Assembly (NCBI GenBank): GCA_043228905.1
Contig: JBHGNT010000008.1
Coordinates: 17,112,001-17,176,000 of the forward strand
Length of the DNA: 64,000 nucleotides
Direction: 5' to 3'
From: Azolla caroliniana
Lineage: Eukaryota; Plantae; Polypodiophyta
Part shown: piece after piece, positions 37,473 through 50,000 of the stretch
Position numbering within the stretch: position 1 is the first letter of the stretch
Layout of the letters: every line of letters starts with the position of its first letter
Notes under the pieces: model-generated
The model's database searches: none
The model's input: only the letters and a program-made list of their open reading frames with translations
Told to the model about the DNA's origin: nothing
Translations under genes and position numbers: made by a program

Positions 37473-40400
37473 TGTTGGGAACTCGACGTTCCTTATGTCC
37501 GACGCTCGGCCACAACCGAGATTATTTACATACACAGAAAAACAGGTAATGAAAAACGCGACACAAAAGAGGAGAAATGGTACACAGGAGGTATACGTGG
37601 AAAACCCCAAACTAGGGGAAAAACCACGGCAGCCCACAAGCTGCAAACTGTCACTATGCAGAAATATACAACAGTGAGATCATCGAGGCGACGACCTCGT
37701 GCTCACAGATCTTCGCCACAAGCGGTGGTTACAACAGAGGCAACGACCTCGTCTCTCTCTCTCTCTATATATATATATATAGTTGCACGCTCCGATTTCT
37801 ACTTGCACCAACAAGAAAGAATAACAACAAGAATGACAACAACTACTAAAATTTTGCCCTAAGTCATATTTATACTAATATGACTTTTTTTTCGGCTATT
37901 TACAAATGTAGCCTCGATGGGCTCCATCCGACTCTCCGCAGTCGGGTACTCCTCATCCGGTTCATACTGGGCCTACACCATCCGACTCTCCGCAGTCGGG
38001 TACTCCTCATCCGGTTCATACCGGGCCTACACCATCCGACTCTCCGAAGTCGGGTTCTCCCTATTCGGTTCATACCGTTTCGGCCTCGGCCGAGTTTGTT
38101 CGTCGACACTGGTCTTCTCCCTTCCCATCCGGAGGGACCTGTCTACCAACAAACTCCCCCTTCACTCTGGCATGGGTGTCTTTCCAGCCCGATCCTCTTC
38201 CGGCATGCGTCCAGCTTGTCGGGTGTCAGCACTTTGGTCAGCATATCTGACCCGTTCTTGGCCGTGTGGATCTTTGCCAATGCGAACTTCTGGTCATCTA
38301 CCCTTTCCCGGATCCAGTGATACCTCCGCTGGATATGCTTCGTCCGGGAATGGTAGGCCGCATTCTTAGCAAGGTGGATGGCACTTTGACTATCGCAGTA
38401 GAGTCGGTATTCCTCTTGCCGGATACCGAGCTCCCTGAGGAAGTCCTTCATCCATAATATTTCCTTGCCGGCTTCCACAACCGCCATGTACTCCGCCTCT
38501 GTGGTTGACAATGCAACCGTCTTCTGCAGCCTCGACTGCCACGAGACAGCTCCCCCTGCATATGTCATCACATACCCGGATGTAGACCGGCTGGTATCCA
38601 CATCAGCCGACATGTCCGAATCGGTGAAACCGTCCAGTTGAGGTTTTCCGGTGCCGAATCGGAGACGCATATTTGAAGTGCCCTTCAAATACCGGAGTAT
38701 CCATTTGACCGCGTTCCAATGGTGCTTGCCGGGATTGCTCATAAACCGGCTCACCACTCCGACTGCGTATCCAATGTCTGGTCGGGTACAAACCATTGCG
38801 TACATCAAGCTCCCGACGGCAGAGGCATATGGAATCTTCATCATATCTGCCTTTTCTCCTTTTGTCTTCGGGCTTTGCTTGCCGGACAACTTGCAGTTTG
38901 CCGGAAGTGTCGATCCGACCGGTTTTGCATCTGACATGTTGAACCGGTGAAGCACCTTTGTCACATATTTCTCCTGTGACAGCCATAGTTGCTTCACTGA
39001 CCGGTCCCGAATGATGTGCATCCCCAACATCTGTCTTGCCGGACCCAAGTCCTTCATTGAGAAGGTCCGGTTGAGAGCCTTCTTCAGCATCCGTATTTTT
39101 CCTTGGTCTCGTCCGACGATCAACATGTCATCCACGTACAGGAGGAGTATCAGGAAGTTCCCTCCTTCGAACTTCTTCACAAACACGTAGTGATCGGCCT
39201 GCGTCTTGTGGTACCCTTGATCGGTCATGAAGGAGTCGAACTTCCGATACCATTGCCGGGGAGCCTGCTTCAGTCCGTATAGGCTCTTCTTCAACCGGCA
39301 TACCAGGTGCTCCTTCCCTTTCTCCACAAATCCTTCCGGTTGCTGCATGTAGATCTCCTCTTCGAGGTCGCCGTGAAGGAATGCCGTCTTCACGTCCAGC
39401 TGCTCTACCTCGAGATCCATGCTTGCTGCTATACTCAGCACCGTCCGGATGGAGGTCATCTTTACTACCGGGGCGAATATTTCGTCGAAGTCCACGCCCT
39501 TCTTCTGCTGGAACCCCTTCACCACGATCCTGGCTTTGTATCTCGGGGGGTTGCCGGAATCTCCCGGTTTCAACTTGAATACCCACTTGTTTCGGAGTGC
39601 CCGCTTTCCTTTCGGCAGCTCCACCAATTCGTACGTATGGTTCTCATGCAGGGAATCCATCTCATCCTGCATGGCACTTAACCATTTTCGGCTGTGGGTG
39701 TCAACCTTCGCTTCTTCGAAGCTTTCCGGCTCCCCCTCATCGGTCAGCAGGACATGCTCTGCATCCGGAAATCTCCGGGGCGCCCTTCTCTCTCTGAGAG
39801 GATATCTACGTCTTCGGGCTTCGGTAATCGGTTCCTCCATTTGCTCTTCATCCGAATCCGATTCGGGGTCTTGACCGGTTCCGGTCTCAGCTTCCTCTAC
39901 TTCTTCTTCTGCCGGTTCGGTATCCTCACCGTAACCGGCTGGTTCCTCGAGTGCTAACCGGTCTCTTGCCGGTTGGGTCTGCTCATTGTAGAGTCTATCC
40001 TTACCGGTCGACTCGGAGTTCATTATCTTCTTCTCCGATTCCCAGTCGGCGAGCGTCTTGTCCTCCATGAAGATAATATCTCGACTCCGGAATACCTTCT
40101 TGTCGACCGGGTCCCACACTCGGTAGCCGAACTCGTCGTCACCATAACCGAGGAATATGCATGGCCGGGTCTTTGGATCTAGCTTTCCTCTCCGGTCCTT
40201 TGCTACATGCACGTACGCGAGACACCCGAACACCCTTAGATGCCGGTAGGACACTTCCTTACCAGTCCATACTCTCTGTGGCGTGTCTCCGTCCAGGGGC
40301 ACTGAGGGTGATATGTTTATCACATATGTCGCCGTCGACAGTGCCTCAGCCCAAAACTTCTTGGGTAGTTTTGCATGCGCTAGCATACTCCGGACCCTCT

Positions 40401-42530
40401 CCATTATGGTCCGGTTCATCCTCTCGGCCAGTCCGTTTAGTTCCGGCGTCTTCGGCACGGTAAATTCGAGCCGGATTCCCTTCGAGCGGTAGTACACCTC
40501 GAACTGCCCCCGGTACTCACCTCCGTTATCTGCTCGAACCGCCTTCAGCTTCCGGCCGGTTTCTCTTTCCACTCTCACGTGGAGCTCTTTGAAGACGGAT
40601 AACACCTGATCCTTCGTCTTCAGCGGTGTGGCCCACAGCTTCCGGCTGTGATCATCTATGAACGTCACGAAGTACTGCGCTCCGGCATGTGACTTCGTGT
40701 CTACTTGACAAACATCCGTATGCACCAACTCCAGTGGTGCATTACGTCTCATCGGTGGCCTTGGTCGGAAGGAGGTCCGGTTCTGCTTACCGGCCAGACA
40801 CTCAGTACACTTCTCTAAGTGCACGTTCTTCACTGGAATGAGGTTGTCGTCTCCAAGCCTCTTCATCCCCTTCTCACTCATGTGACATAGCCTCTTGTGC
40901 CACAGCTCACCGGCAGTGTCGGAAGCCACGTTCACTTCTTCCGGACATAACCGGGCATTCATCAGGTACAATGTGTTTACCTTCCGGGCCCGAGCCACAA
41001 TCAGGCTCCCTTTGCTGACCTTCATGACACCGTTCCGGATGCTACCCGTGTAGCCTTCATCATCTAGCTGACCGGCTGATATCAGGTTCAGACGAACTTC
41101 CGGAACGTGTCGGACATCTTTCAACAGCAACTTACATCCGGTTGGTGTTGTCAGCCACATGTCTCCTATGCCGACAATTCGGCATGTTCCTTCATTCCCC
41201 ATCCGGACACAACCGTGATCACCGACTGAGTAGGATGAGAAGCATTTCCGGTCCGGGGTAAGGTGGAACGACGCTCCGAAGTCTACCACCCAGGTCATCT
41301 CATCGCCGGCATGGTTTATCTCACTTTCCTCGGTGATGAGCATCAACTCCTCTTCACTTGCCGCAATTGCCGTCGTTCCCTTCCGGTCCGGTCCCCTCCG
41401 GTCTTTACCGTTCCGGTCTGTACCGTTCCGGTTCGGGGTTTGCTTCGAATCGGTACCGTCGGTTTCCTTGTCTTTACGGAAATGCCGACAGTTCTTTTGG
41501 AAGTGTCCCGGCTTGCCGCAATAGAAGCAAGTAGGCCTCCCCCTTGACTTTGATCGTGTCCCCGACTTCTCCCGGTTCTGGGGACTACGGTTTCTCTGTC
41601 TTCCGCGTTCCGATTCGGTAAGGAGCGCTTTGGAGTCGGAGCTCGTATCTTTGTCTTTCCGACGAGCCTCCTCATCTAGCAAGCTCGACTTTACTCTTGC
41701 TAGGGATAGCCGTTTTCCTTCCGGCCCGGCGTTGCCCAAAGTAACAACTAACGTCTCCTAGCTATCCGGGAGGGAACCGAGCAGGAGTAGCGCTAGGACC
41801 TCATCGGCAAGAGGTACTTCCAATGACGTTGCCTGGTGAATCAGCCCCTGGAAGGCATTCATATGCTCCGCCATGCTGTGGCCATCTTGGTACCGGAGTC
41901 TTACAAGCTTCCGGAATACCGACGCCTGATTGACAGCATTTTTGTTCTGGAACATTGTGCCGATCTTCTCCCAGAGCTCATGAGCCTTACTCTCTTCATT
42001 GAAGTTGTTGTACAGGCTCATGTCGATGAAGCACCGTATGTACGCCGTTGTCTTCATGTGCATCACCTCCCATATCGCGGCGTCGATTTTGTCCGGTCTC
42101 TTGTCCCCGAACTGAACCGGCAGCCAGAGGTCTTTAACCACGAGCATGTCCCTCATCTTCGACTTCCACACTGAATAGTTGGAGCCGGTGAGCTTGAACA
42201 TGCCGCCAAACGATTCGTCCATTTTTTGTGTCGATTTCGCTCTGATACCACTTGTTGGGAACTCGACGTTCCTTATGGCCGACGCTCGGCCACAACCGAG
42301 ATTATTTACATACACAGAAAAACAGGTAATGAAAAACGCGATACAAAAGAGGAGAAATGGTACACAGGAGGTATACGTGGAAAACCCCAAACTAGGGGAA
42401 AAACCACGGCAGCCCACAAGCTGCAAACTGTCACTATGCAGAAATATACAACAGTGAGATCATCGAGGCGACGACCTCGTGCTCACAGATCTTCGCCACA
42501 GGCGGCGGTTACAACAGAGGCAACGACCTC

Positions 42531-42565
<35 letters not shown>

Positions 42566-42883
42566 CAGTTGCGCGCTCCGATTTCTACTTGCACCAACAA
42601 GAAAGAATAACAACAAGAATGACAACAACTACTAAAAGTTTGCCCTAAGTCATATTTATACTAATATGACTTTTTTTTCGGCTATTTACAAATGTAGCCT
42701 CGATGGGCTCCATCCGACTCTCCGCAGTCGGGTACTCCTCATCCGGTTCATACCGGGCCTACACCATCCGACTCTCCGAAGTCGGGTTCTCCCTATTCGG
42801 TTCATACCGTTTCGGCCTCGGCCGAGTTTGTTCATCGGCACTGTTCTTCTCCCTTCCCATCCGGAGGGACCTGTCTACCAACA
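37473..42883 (-). mobile_element. Near-intact Ty1/copia element E nested in gag of related element C
   Basis: LTRs 37473-38151 and 42253-42883, perfect TSD CCAAC, PBS revcomp gctctgatacca ending at 42250, PPT aactccccc. Confidence 0.96.
38143..42222 (-). pseudogene. Copia E gag-pol polyprotein with one in-frame TAG (41758-41760)
   Basis: MDESFGG..LPDS*ETL.., CX2CX4HX4C knuckle, WVVDFGAS (PR), HTDV/DNGGE/ERMN (INT), YVDD (RT), RH; otherwise an open reading frame. Confidence 0.92.
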
Positions 42884-43216
42884 CCAACGAATCTTCCATT
42901 TTCTGTGATGATTTGCTCTAATACCAGATTGACGAGAATATGCGGAATAAGGCTCGGCCACAACCGAGTCTTCACTCACTTCGTTGAGAATTACAAACAC
43001 AACAATGGGAATGTGGAGATAGATGAACGTATACACAAAACACTGAAAGAGAGTGTACACAATATGTTTACGTGGAAAACCCTAAATGGGAAAAACCACG
43101 GGAGCCCACGGACTCCAAACTATCACTATGTCAAAGAATACAACAGGAGGCACAGAGGCAACAACCTCGTGCTCACACTCTTTGCCTGGCGGCGGTTACA
43201 ACAGAGAATCACTTTG

Positions 43217-43258
<42 letters not shown>

Positions 43259-43981
43259 GCTCTGTACAACAGTTACACCAATAACTCTATTCAACAGAAA
43301 ATGACAACACAATGATACACTCACACTCAAGAGTTTGCCCTAGGTCATATTTATACTAATATGACTTTTGGGCTATTTACAAATATAGCCTCAGTGGGCT
43401 CTCTGGAACATATTTACATATATGTCCCTTCATCCGGTGATAGGTTCTCATCGGGCCTACAACATCCGGTTCTCACCAGGCCTTCATCATCCCATCCGGA
43501 GGGACCGAGATCCTAACAAATAATACGTTAAAGATTAGTTAATGAACTGAAATGCATCATCGATAACTAGAGCATCTCTTTATATCGTATGGTTAGTCTA
43601 ATGCATGCATGCCACCTTACATCTATGGGTGAAAGCATGGGAATGGAAACACCATTATAACTAACATGTAACTAAAATGACCATAACTATTTAACTATTT
43701 GTTTAGCTAAATTAATGTGGGCAAATCATTAGGATTATTCACAATTTTTTTTTGCTTTATTAATTAAATACATGTCATTTATTATGGTGAATAGGTAATA
43801 TGGGAATACTAAAAAATTTGAACTTGGGTTTTTGACATAGTGGAACATGGGGAACAATGCCCTCATCTAAACTTGACTTGAATGTCACCAAAGCCATGTT
43901 AATCCTGAGGTTTAGTTTGAAATCCAAATAGATGGAGTGCTCTGAGCATGAACGCAGACGAAGCTCCCGCAGCAACACAAA

Positions 43982-46112
43982 ATGTCTGATATCGACATTC
44001 CACCTTCAGAGCACTAACACACCACTAGTTCTCTCCTCGTCAAGGTATGCATCGGTTACGCATTACGTGCTTTCAAAAATCTTGTTTTTTTTCCTGTTAT
44101 TGTAACGGTCTTGCCTGTTCATCTTTTACTGTAAATGATTAGGGTGAAGTTGTTGGAGTCCTAGACAAGGATGTCGCGAAAATCTGGGTCTAGCAGGTGT
44201 TTTTCTGATTGTCAAATTTTTTTATTTCGGATGAAGCTAAAATCAGAGCAGGGTTTAGGGTTCATAGAATCAGATTAGATTGTCAAAATTTTAGATTGGG
44301 GTTGATTTTATACATATTTCAGATTAGGGTTAATTTCTGATCACGGTTGAAAATCTCTGACTTAGGGTTGAAAATTTGCATCAATATACATTTCTAATCA
44401 CAGTGTGTGCCTGTTTGTAAATTTCCCCCAAACTTGATTTGTGATTAGGTTTTCTGATTTTTTATTAGGGTCGATTTTTGATTATGGATGATAATTTCTA
44501 AATTAGGGTTGAGTTCATACACATTTCTGATGAGGGTTGAAAATTTGCATCAATACACATTTCTAATTATATGTCTGTCTGTCTGTAAATTTCCCCCAAA
44601 CTTGATTTCTGATTACAATTGAAAATTTCTGATTTAGGGTTGATTTCATACACATTTTTGATTAGGGTGTCTAATTTGATGCATGTGCCTAATTTTTGAT
44701 TTTTTATTCTTCCCTACTAATTATGATTCTAAATACACATGTCCCAGTAGAGCAGAGATAGCATGTATTGAGTTTTGATTTTAGATGGCTCATTCCTCCC
44801 TATGCTAGGGTGCGAAACTTTGCCAAGTTTTGTGAGACAAAGGAGGACTTCAACCATGTATATGGTCCATCAATGGAGGGTATTGACCCTGTTGTGCTAA
44901 CAGATAAATTGATTAGTGATATAGACTGGTTGTTAGTCTATAAAGTGCCCAAAGTGAAAGGCAAGGTGAAGCTAAACCATGTACGACCGGAGTTGTATGA
45001 TGACTGCTAGGCTCCACCAAAAAGTACATCAAGAGATCCCGGTCAACACGAATTGTCCGTTGCATTCGCTAGAGCCTTTGCTTACAAGTATTGCAAAACA
45101 ACGAAGGAAGCAACTAGCCTTGAAATGTACACGATAGCTTGGGCTCTTGCAAGTAGCCAGAAGATGGGGAACCGCAACAAAAGATGGCGCGATTCTGGAG
45201 CATGGTAGTTGATGATGCAATTGCTGACTCCTAGCAAAACCGCAAGGAGACACCACACAGAAACAACATGAAAGCAAATGTCAATGATACGGGTGAGACA
45301 TTGATTAGAGATATGCTGAAAGATGTTCATGAAGCCTGTGAGACATTGGACACAACAAAGTTTGCCTTAGAGAAAGCAACTTTGGCTGCTGCGATGGAAA
45401 ACAAGGTCACGTTGGCAGTGACAACAATTAGAAACAAGATTCAGGTAGCTATTTTTTTGCTAGTATGTTAAAAATAACTTGTACATGAAAATGTGCTTAG
45501 TGAGGCATTATTTGGAACAGGTAGCTCAACATGAGCTCGATACTGAGGGGCTGCTGGATCCTGAGCAGAAAATACAACTACAAACGGAGATTCAGGTTCT
45601 TTCAATGAACTTGGATCTTCTAGGGATTAATCCTGTCGCTGATAACGATGTGGAGAACCTCCAAGTAAGTTAATGATTCCTATTTCTTGTTGTTCATTCT
45701 TCCTCATTACAAGAATGATAAATCGGTAAAATTTTCGGCTGCATTGTAGGAACAATACACAAATCAAGAAAAGGTAGTTAAGTGACTTAAGAAGCAACTA
45801 GAATTGGTGGAGAGGATGGTAAGGTGTAGACAAGAATTGGACCTCAACATTCTTGCTCCCTTACCAAAAGTAGGAGAATCACGCAACAATAGATTGACTG
45901 TTCAAGCATGTTGCCTCACTTGCAGGTTAGCCATAGAAGACAAAACTGCTACTTTGTTGGTACACCTACGAGCATGCCAACATACATACCATGTCACTTG
46001 TTTTGCATATTCCAATCGCACTGCTACAATATGTTTGAGGGATTGCAAAACAACTCCCCCTAATGAGTGGAGAAAACAGACATGCAAATTTGCTTCTTGT
46101 CTATACAGATAA
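43982..46112 (+). pseudogene. Degraded multi-exon gene: coiled-coil region + C-terminal RING-H2-like zinc finger
   Basis: GT-AG phase-0 exons 45521-45664 and 45750-46112 join the preceding exon ending at 45444. Motif CLTC..CQHTYHVTC..CLRDC. Candidate 5' exons 43982-44044 and 44143-44196 are less certain. Several TAG/TGA/TAA stops. Confidence 0.65.
44230..44700 (+). repeat. Degenerate minisatellite with TTAGGGTT telo-box motifs in a putative intron
   Basis: About 8 (T)TAGGG(TT) motifs in ~20-bp units, with a higher-order ~190-bp duplication (aaatttcccccaaacttgattt at about 44420 and 44588). Confidence 0.7.
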
Positions 46113-46127
46113 GTAATAGGTGTCACT

Positions 46128-46296
46128 GTTGATTAGCTAAGTAGCTACTGCCAAGTTGTAGAAAACCAGTAGCTAATTAGCTATGAAGTATAAGTGTGGT
46201 AGATAATTAGCTGCAACAGTAAAATAGTCTGAGATAATTAGCTACTACGTGAAGTGTAGAGGCTAATTAGCTATTGCTAATTAGCTATTGCTAATC
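46128..46296. repeat. Array of TAATTAGCTA / TAGCTAATTAGCTA palindromic motifs
   Basis: About 6 copies at roughly 30-bp spacing just 3' of the RING gene. Confidence 0.65.
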
Positions 46297-47071
46297 TATA
46301 ATGTAGTAAACACCGGGTCATTTGAAACAGGTAATATGTCGTATTCTCTTTTGGCATAGTTGGCCAAATGTAGAAAAGTACCCTATTTTAGCCTGATATC
46401 GAAAATATACGATGCATGCGTACCCCTTTTGTGACTTGATGGTTAAATATAGAACAAAAAAAACCTAGCAATTACTAAATTGTATATGTGTCCACATTCG
46501 TGTCAATTTGCATATCATGGAGCACAATTGAAGACTTGGTTCAATATAAAGTTCTAAAATTGGTATCCATATTTAAATTGTAGAGTAAAACTACATAAAC
46601 CGTAATTATAAATATGTGGTTTTGGGTTTAGGAATAAAGTAGTACCCCACTTGTTGGACGGGTATATCGATAGTTTCATTGTATAATGTCATATAGTTCA
46701 TGACAATGTAATTGGTAAGAGTAACAATTACGTACGACATTCATTTATACTATGTGGAACTAGTAGACTTGAACCGTAGGTAACTAAAAACCTCTTATTA
46801 TCAAAAACATTCGCCTTTTCATATACAGTCATGCTAACGGAAATGAGAAATTACAATATCATGTTAATATCTCAAACTGAAGAAGAGCATGGTGACCAAT
46901 TATATGTAAATACAAACTACGGTTCCAATAATGATTAAAAAGGGAAATTATGAACAGGTGAATTTAATTAAACGATAAACAATTACAAATGTTCTCATAT
47001 ACAAATATAATATGAAGTGATGGTGAACATTATGCCTCAAAATCCTCAATTTTTACATTACGCCATCTACA

Positions 47072-50000
47072 TCAATCTATATGCAAATCAGGCAGAGCAG
47101 GCTCCTCTGGCGCTGATTGTTCTAGACTGTTTTCATTCGTGTCATCTCCAAGCTCTCCCGAATCTGATGTAGGGTCAAACTGTGCTACATCTTCCAGGTC
47201 CACCAGCTCCCCTGCTTCTTCATCAATTGGTTCCATTGGTTCTCGTGAAGTCATCTGGAACATCTCTGTCTCGTTGATGTGTTTTGCTCCGACTTCTTGA
47301 TCCTGATCTGGATAGTCCCAGATTCCTGTGATCCTCATTTTGATGAAGTTAACTTGAGCAGGGTCCTTCTCCAATGCAACACAGTTTCTAAACATCTTCA
47401 ATGCACAAGCTGTCGTTGTACCTAATGGTCGCATGAACACAAACAAGTATATATAAGAAGTAACGTCTTAAACTTGATCGACAGGATTGAAATTAAATAT
47501 ATATATTATACCTGTGCCAGAGAACAAGTCTAGGACCCAATCATCTGGATTCGAGAAGAGCTCTATGAGGCGGTTGATCAATCTTTGAGGTTTTTGATAA
47601 GGGTTCACCATACTTTTATCCCCTGACACATGTCCTAATTTTTTGGTTACAGCTGGGGACATGATGTAGTTAACCACGTTACGCTCATTGACATGTGCTC
47701 TAGCCTTCTTCTTTGTAATTGAATCATAGTAGCCCACACAAAAATGTTCAACCGCACTAACCATTCGATCGCCAGGGCTACGTGTAATATTTGTTTTGAT
47801 CCTATAGAGAAAGAAAATCAAGTATTAGAGGTGTAAATGTGTACATATAATAAGAAGTACTGTAATGAGTAAAAGCGAACTATAACGCACCAATGCATGT
47901 GTTCAGTGGCATGACAACGAGACTTCAAAGCTGTTGTGACTAATAGTGATTGCCCCATGCTATGAAATATGACTATCCTCCACAAGGGGGCCAATGTTAG
48001 TTCTGCGAAATCCTTTACCATTTTCTCGATCTGAGGGTACTTGAAAGGCACATCATCATATGTTGATCCCGCAATACGGAAACCATATGGTATGTCAGCT
48101 ATCAGCAAAGTGTAGTGCCTTCTCGGTAACAGTTCGAGCATCTGGGATACTTCGCCATTGAAAACACTATAATGAAGCTGTTTGAAAGGATCAGACCTAT
48201 GCAAAAAACTCTTTACAGTCTCCGAATCCTCGGGAAGTTCCATTTCCTTCCCTTTGGTCATTCTCTTCTCATATTTCGCACGTTCTAAGTGCGTGATGAA
48301 GGTCGCTGGAATACCGTCATTATTGTCGTTGTTCTTTTTCGATTTTGATGGTTTCTGCAAGTGTCATTGTTGTTAGCAGGGAACATTAGTTTCTAACATA
48401 TCAACATTCAAAAGACACATACCCATTCTCTAAATACAATAAAATATTCCTCCAATGCCTTGTAGGAAGAAGTTATCGGGCAGGCTTGTTCAACTTCTTC
48501 CCATGTCGGTAAACTCAGTTTTTGCATCATCAACTCCTGAATCTTCATGTATACCTTGTGATTGCACAATCAATATGAAATTAGAAATAAGATATTCAAA
48601 ATAATTGAAGACTTTCATGAAAAGGTATACTATAAACACTTACTTTTGCAAGTCTGTTACCATCTCGTCCAAACTAAATTCCTTGGCGACCACTCGAGAT
48701 AGCACGGATATTAACAATCTATCATCTTTGATACCTTGTAATGATCTCCAAGGTAAAAGTTTCATGTCCTCTGCTAACTCCTTGATTACCAAGTCGCTTT
48801 TTCCCTTGGTCTTTGATTTCATCTCAACTTGTGGATCAATTCTTCCCTTTTTTGATCTTTGCCCCTTGACTTCTTTCCGCTCCCACATAGAGAATATTTT
48901 GTCTTGGAGATCCCACACCTCTCCGGTCCGAAAAGCTAGTTGAAACCAAGAATCATATTTTCGGAGACCTTCGGATTTGGTACTCTCATCCACTGCAATC
49001 CCTACTTCCAATAAACACTAGCGTTGCAATCCAGGCCACAATCTTGGACCAAAACGATTCAAGGCATCCAGGTATTCATGATGAAAAAATCTTATCCTCT
49101 CTATACATGACATCTTTTGCCTATAATCGTTGTCATTGTTATGGTCCCATGCGAGCAGCTTCGCCTCCTCGTGAGTTAGTCCTGCATATACCTTACATTC
49201 GGCGTACTTGAAGAACGGCATGAGAGGATATTCTTTGACAAGTTGTCGTCGAGCTTCGGCCGAATGTGATCCTCCGATTACATAGTATGTGTAATCGTCT
49301 GCAGAGCTATACTTGAAATCTGCTACTGTTGGGCATTGTTCTTGATCAACCATTACCAAAAATGGCACCACAGTAGCGTGAGGATTGATTTTCATTTTGC
49401 TTTTCAGGTTTTGCACATGGACGGAGTGCGTCTCCCTAATTTCCAAGCGACGTCTTCTAGTCACGGGGTCAATGGGGGGCCTTTGGATAGAAGTAATGGG
49501 CAAATGAAATAGCTGGCCCCTGCGCACAAGTTTAGTCTTCACAATATTTTCTCTTATTTTATTTTGTTCTGACGTCAGGACACCAGAAGATAGTTGTCCG
49601 CCTGGAGCCACGACGTCGACTTGTTGGTCGTCTTCTTCTTCCACGAACTCTAATATTTCTTCTTCTTCTTCTTCGGGTCGTGGTCGTTTAGTATATTTCT
49701 TTTGAACAGGATTTGTCTTCCTAGACTTTTTCGGTGGAGTTTCTGCTTCACCGGTCATCATCTCTCCTGTCATGTACGACCGAAGAGCTACCAACAAGTT
49801 ATTTTTCGTTTGCAGGTCTTTACGCAAAGCCTTGGGATTGCAAGATTCGGGTACTAGGTTTCCCTCATCAAGTCGCAATCGCTTGTTGCCAATTGAGCTC
49901 GAGACGTCGATTAAAATACTTGTAGAGTCAATGTCTTCGTACTCTAGCTTGGTTACATGCCCGTAATTATATGTTTTTCCAAGCTAAAGTTTCCCTTCCC

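Larger units (their letters stand above)
23741..43518 (-). mobile_element. Ty1/copia element C, host of four nested insertions
   Basis: 5' LTR 42930-43518 with PBS (revcomp gctctaatacca, about 42916-42926). Truncated 3' LTR at about 23741-24201, followed by PPT revcomp aactccccc. Gag-pol pieces at 42884-42900, 36815-37472, 27324-29838, 25053-25763 and 24210-24373 rejoin across TSDs. Confidence 0.88.

Noticed and set aside
41758-41760. Programmed stop-codon readthrough between gag and pol in copia E
   Set aside because: Element F has TGG at this site (LPESWENL), so TGG>TAG mutation is simpler, although element C also shows TAG here.
30371-42921. Numerous antisense and alternate-frame ORFs in the gypsy and copia elements (also 58538-59413)
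   Set aside because: By-products of GC-rich, codon-biased pol and LTR sequence.
43519-43980. Left terminal inverted repeat of the putative DNA transposon
   Set aside because: The right end is lost at about 52463, so no TIR pair or TSD can be shown from this window.
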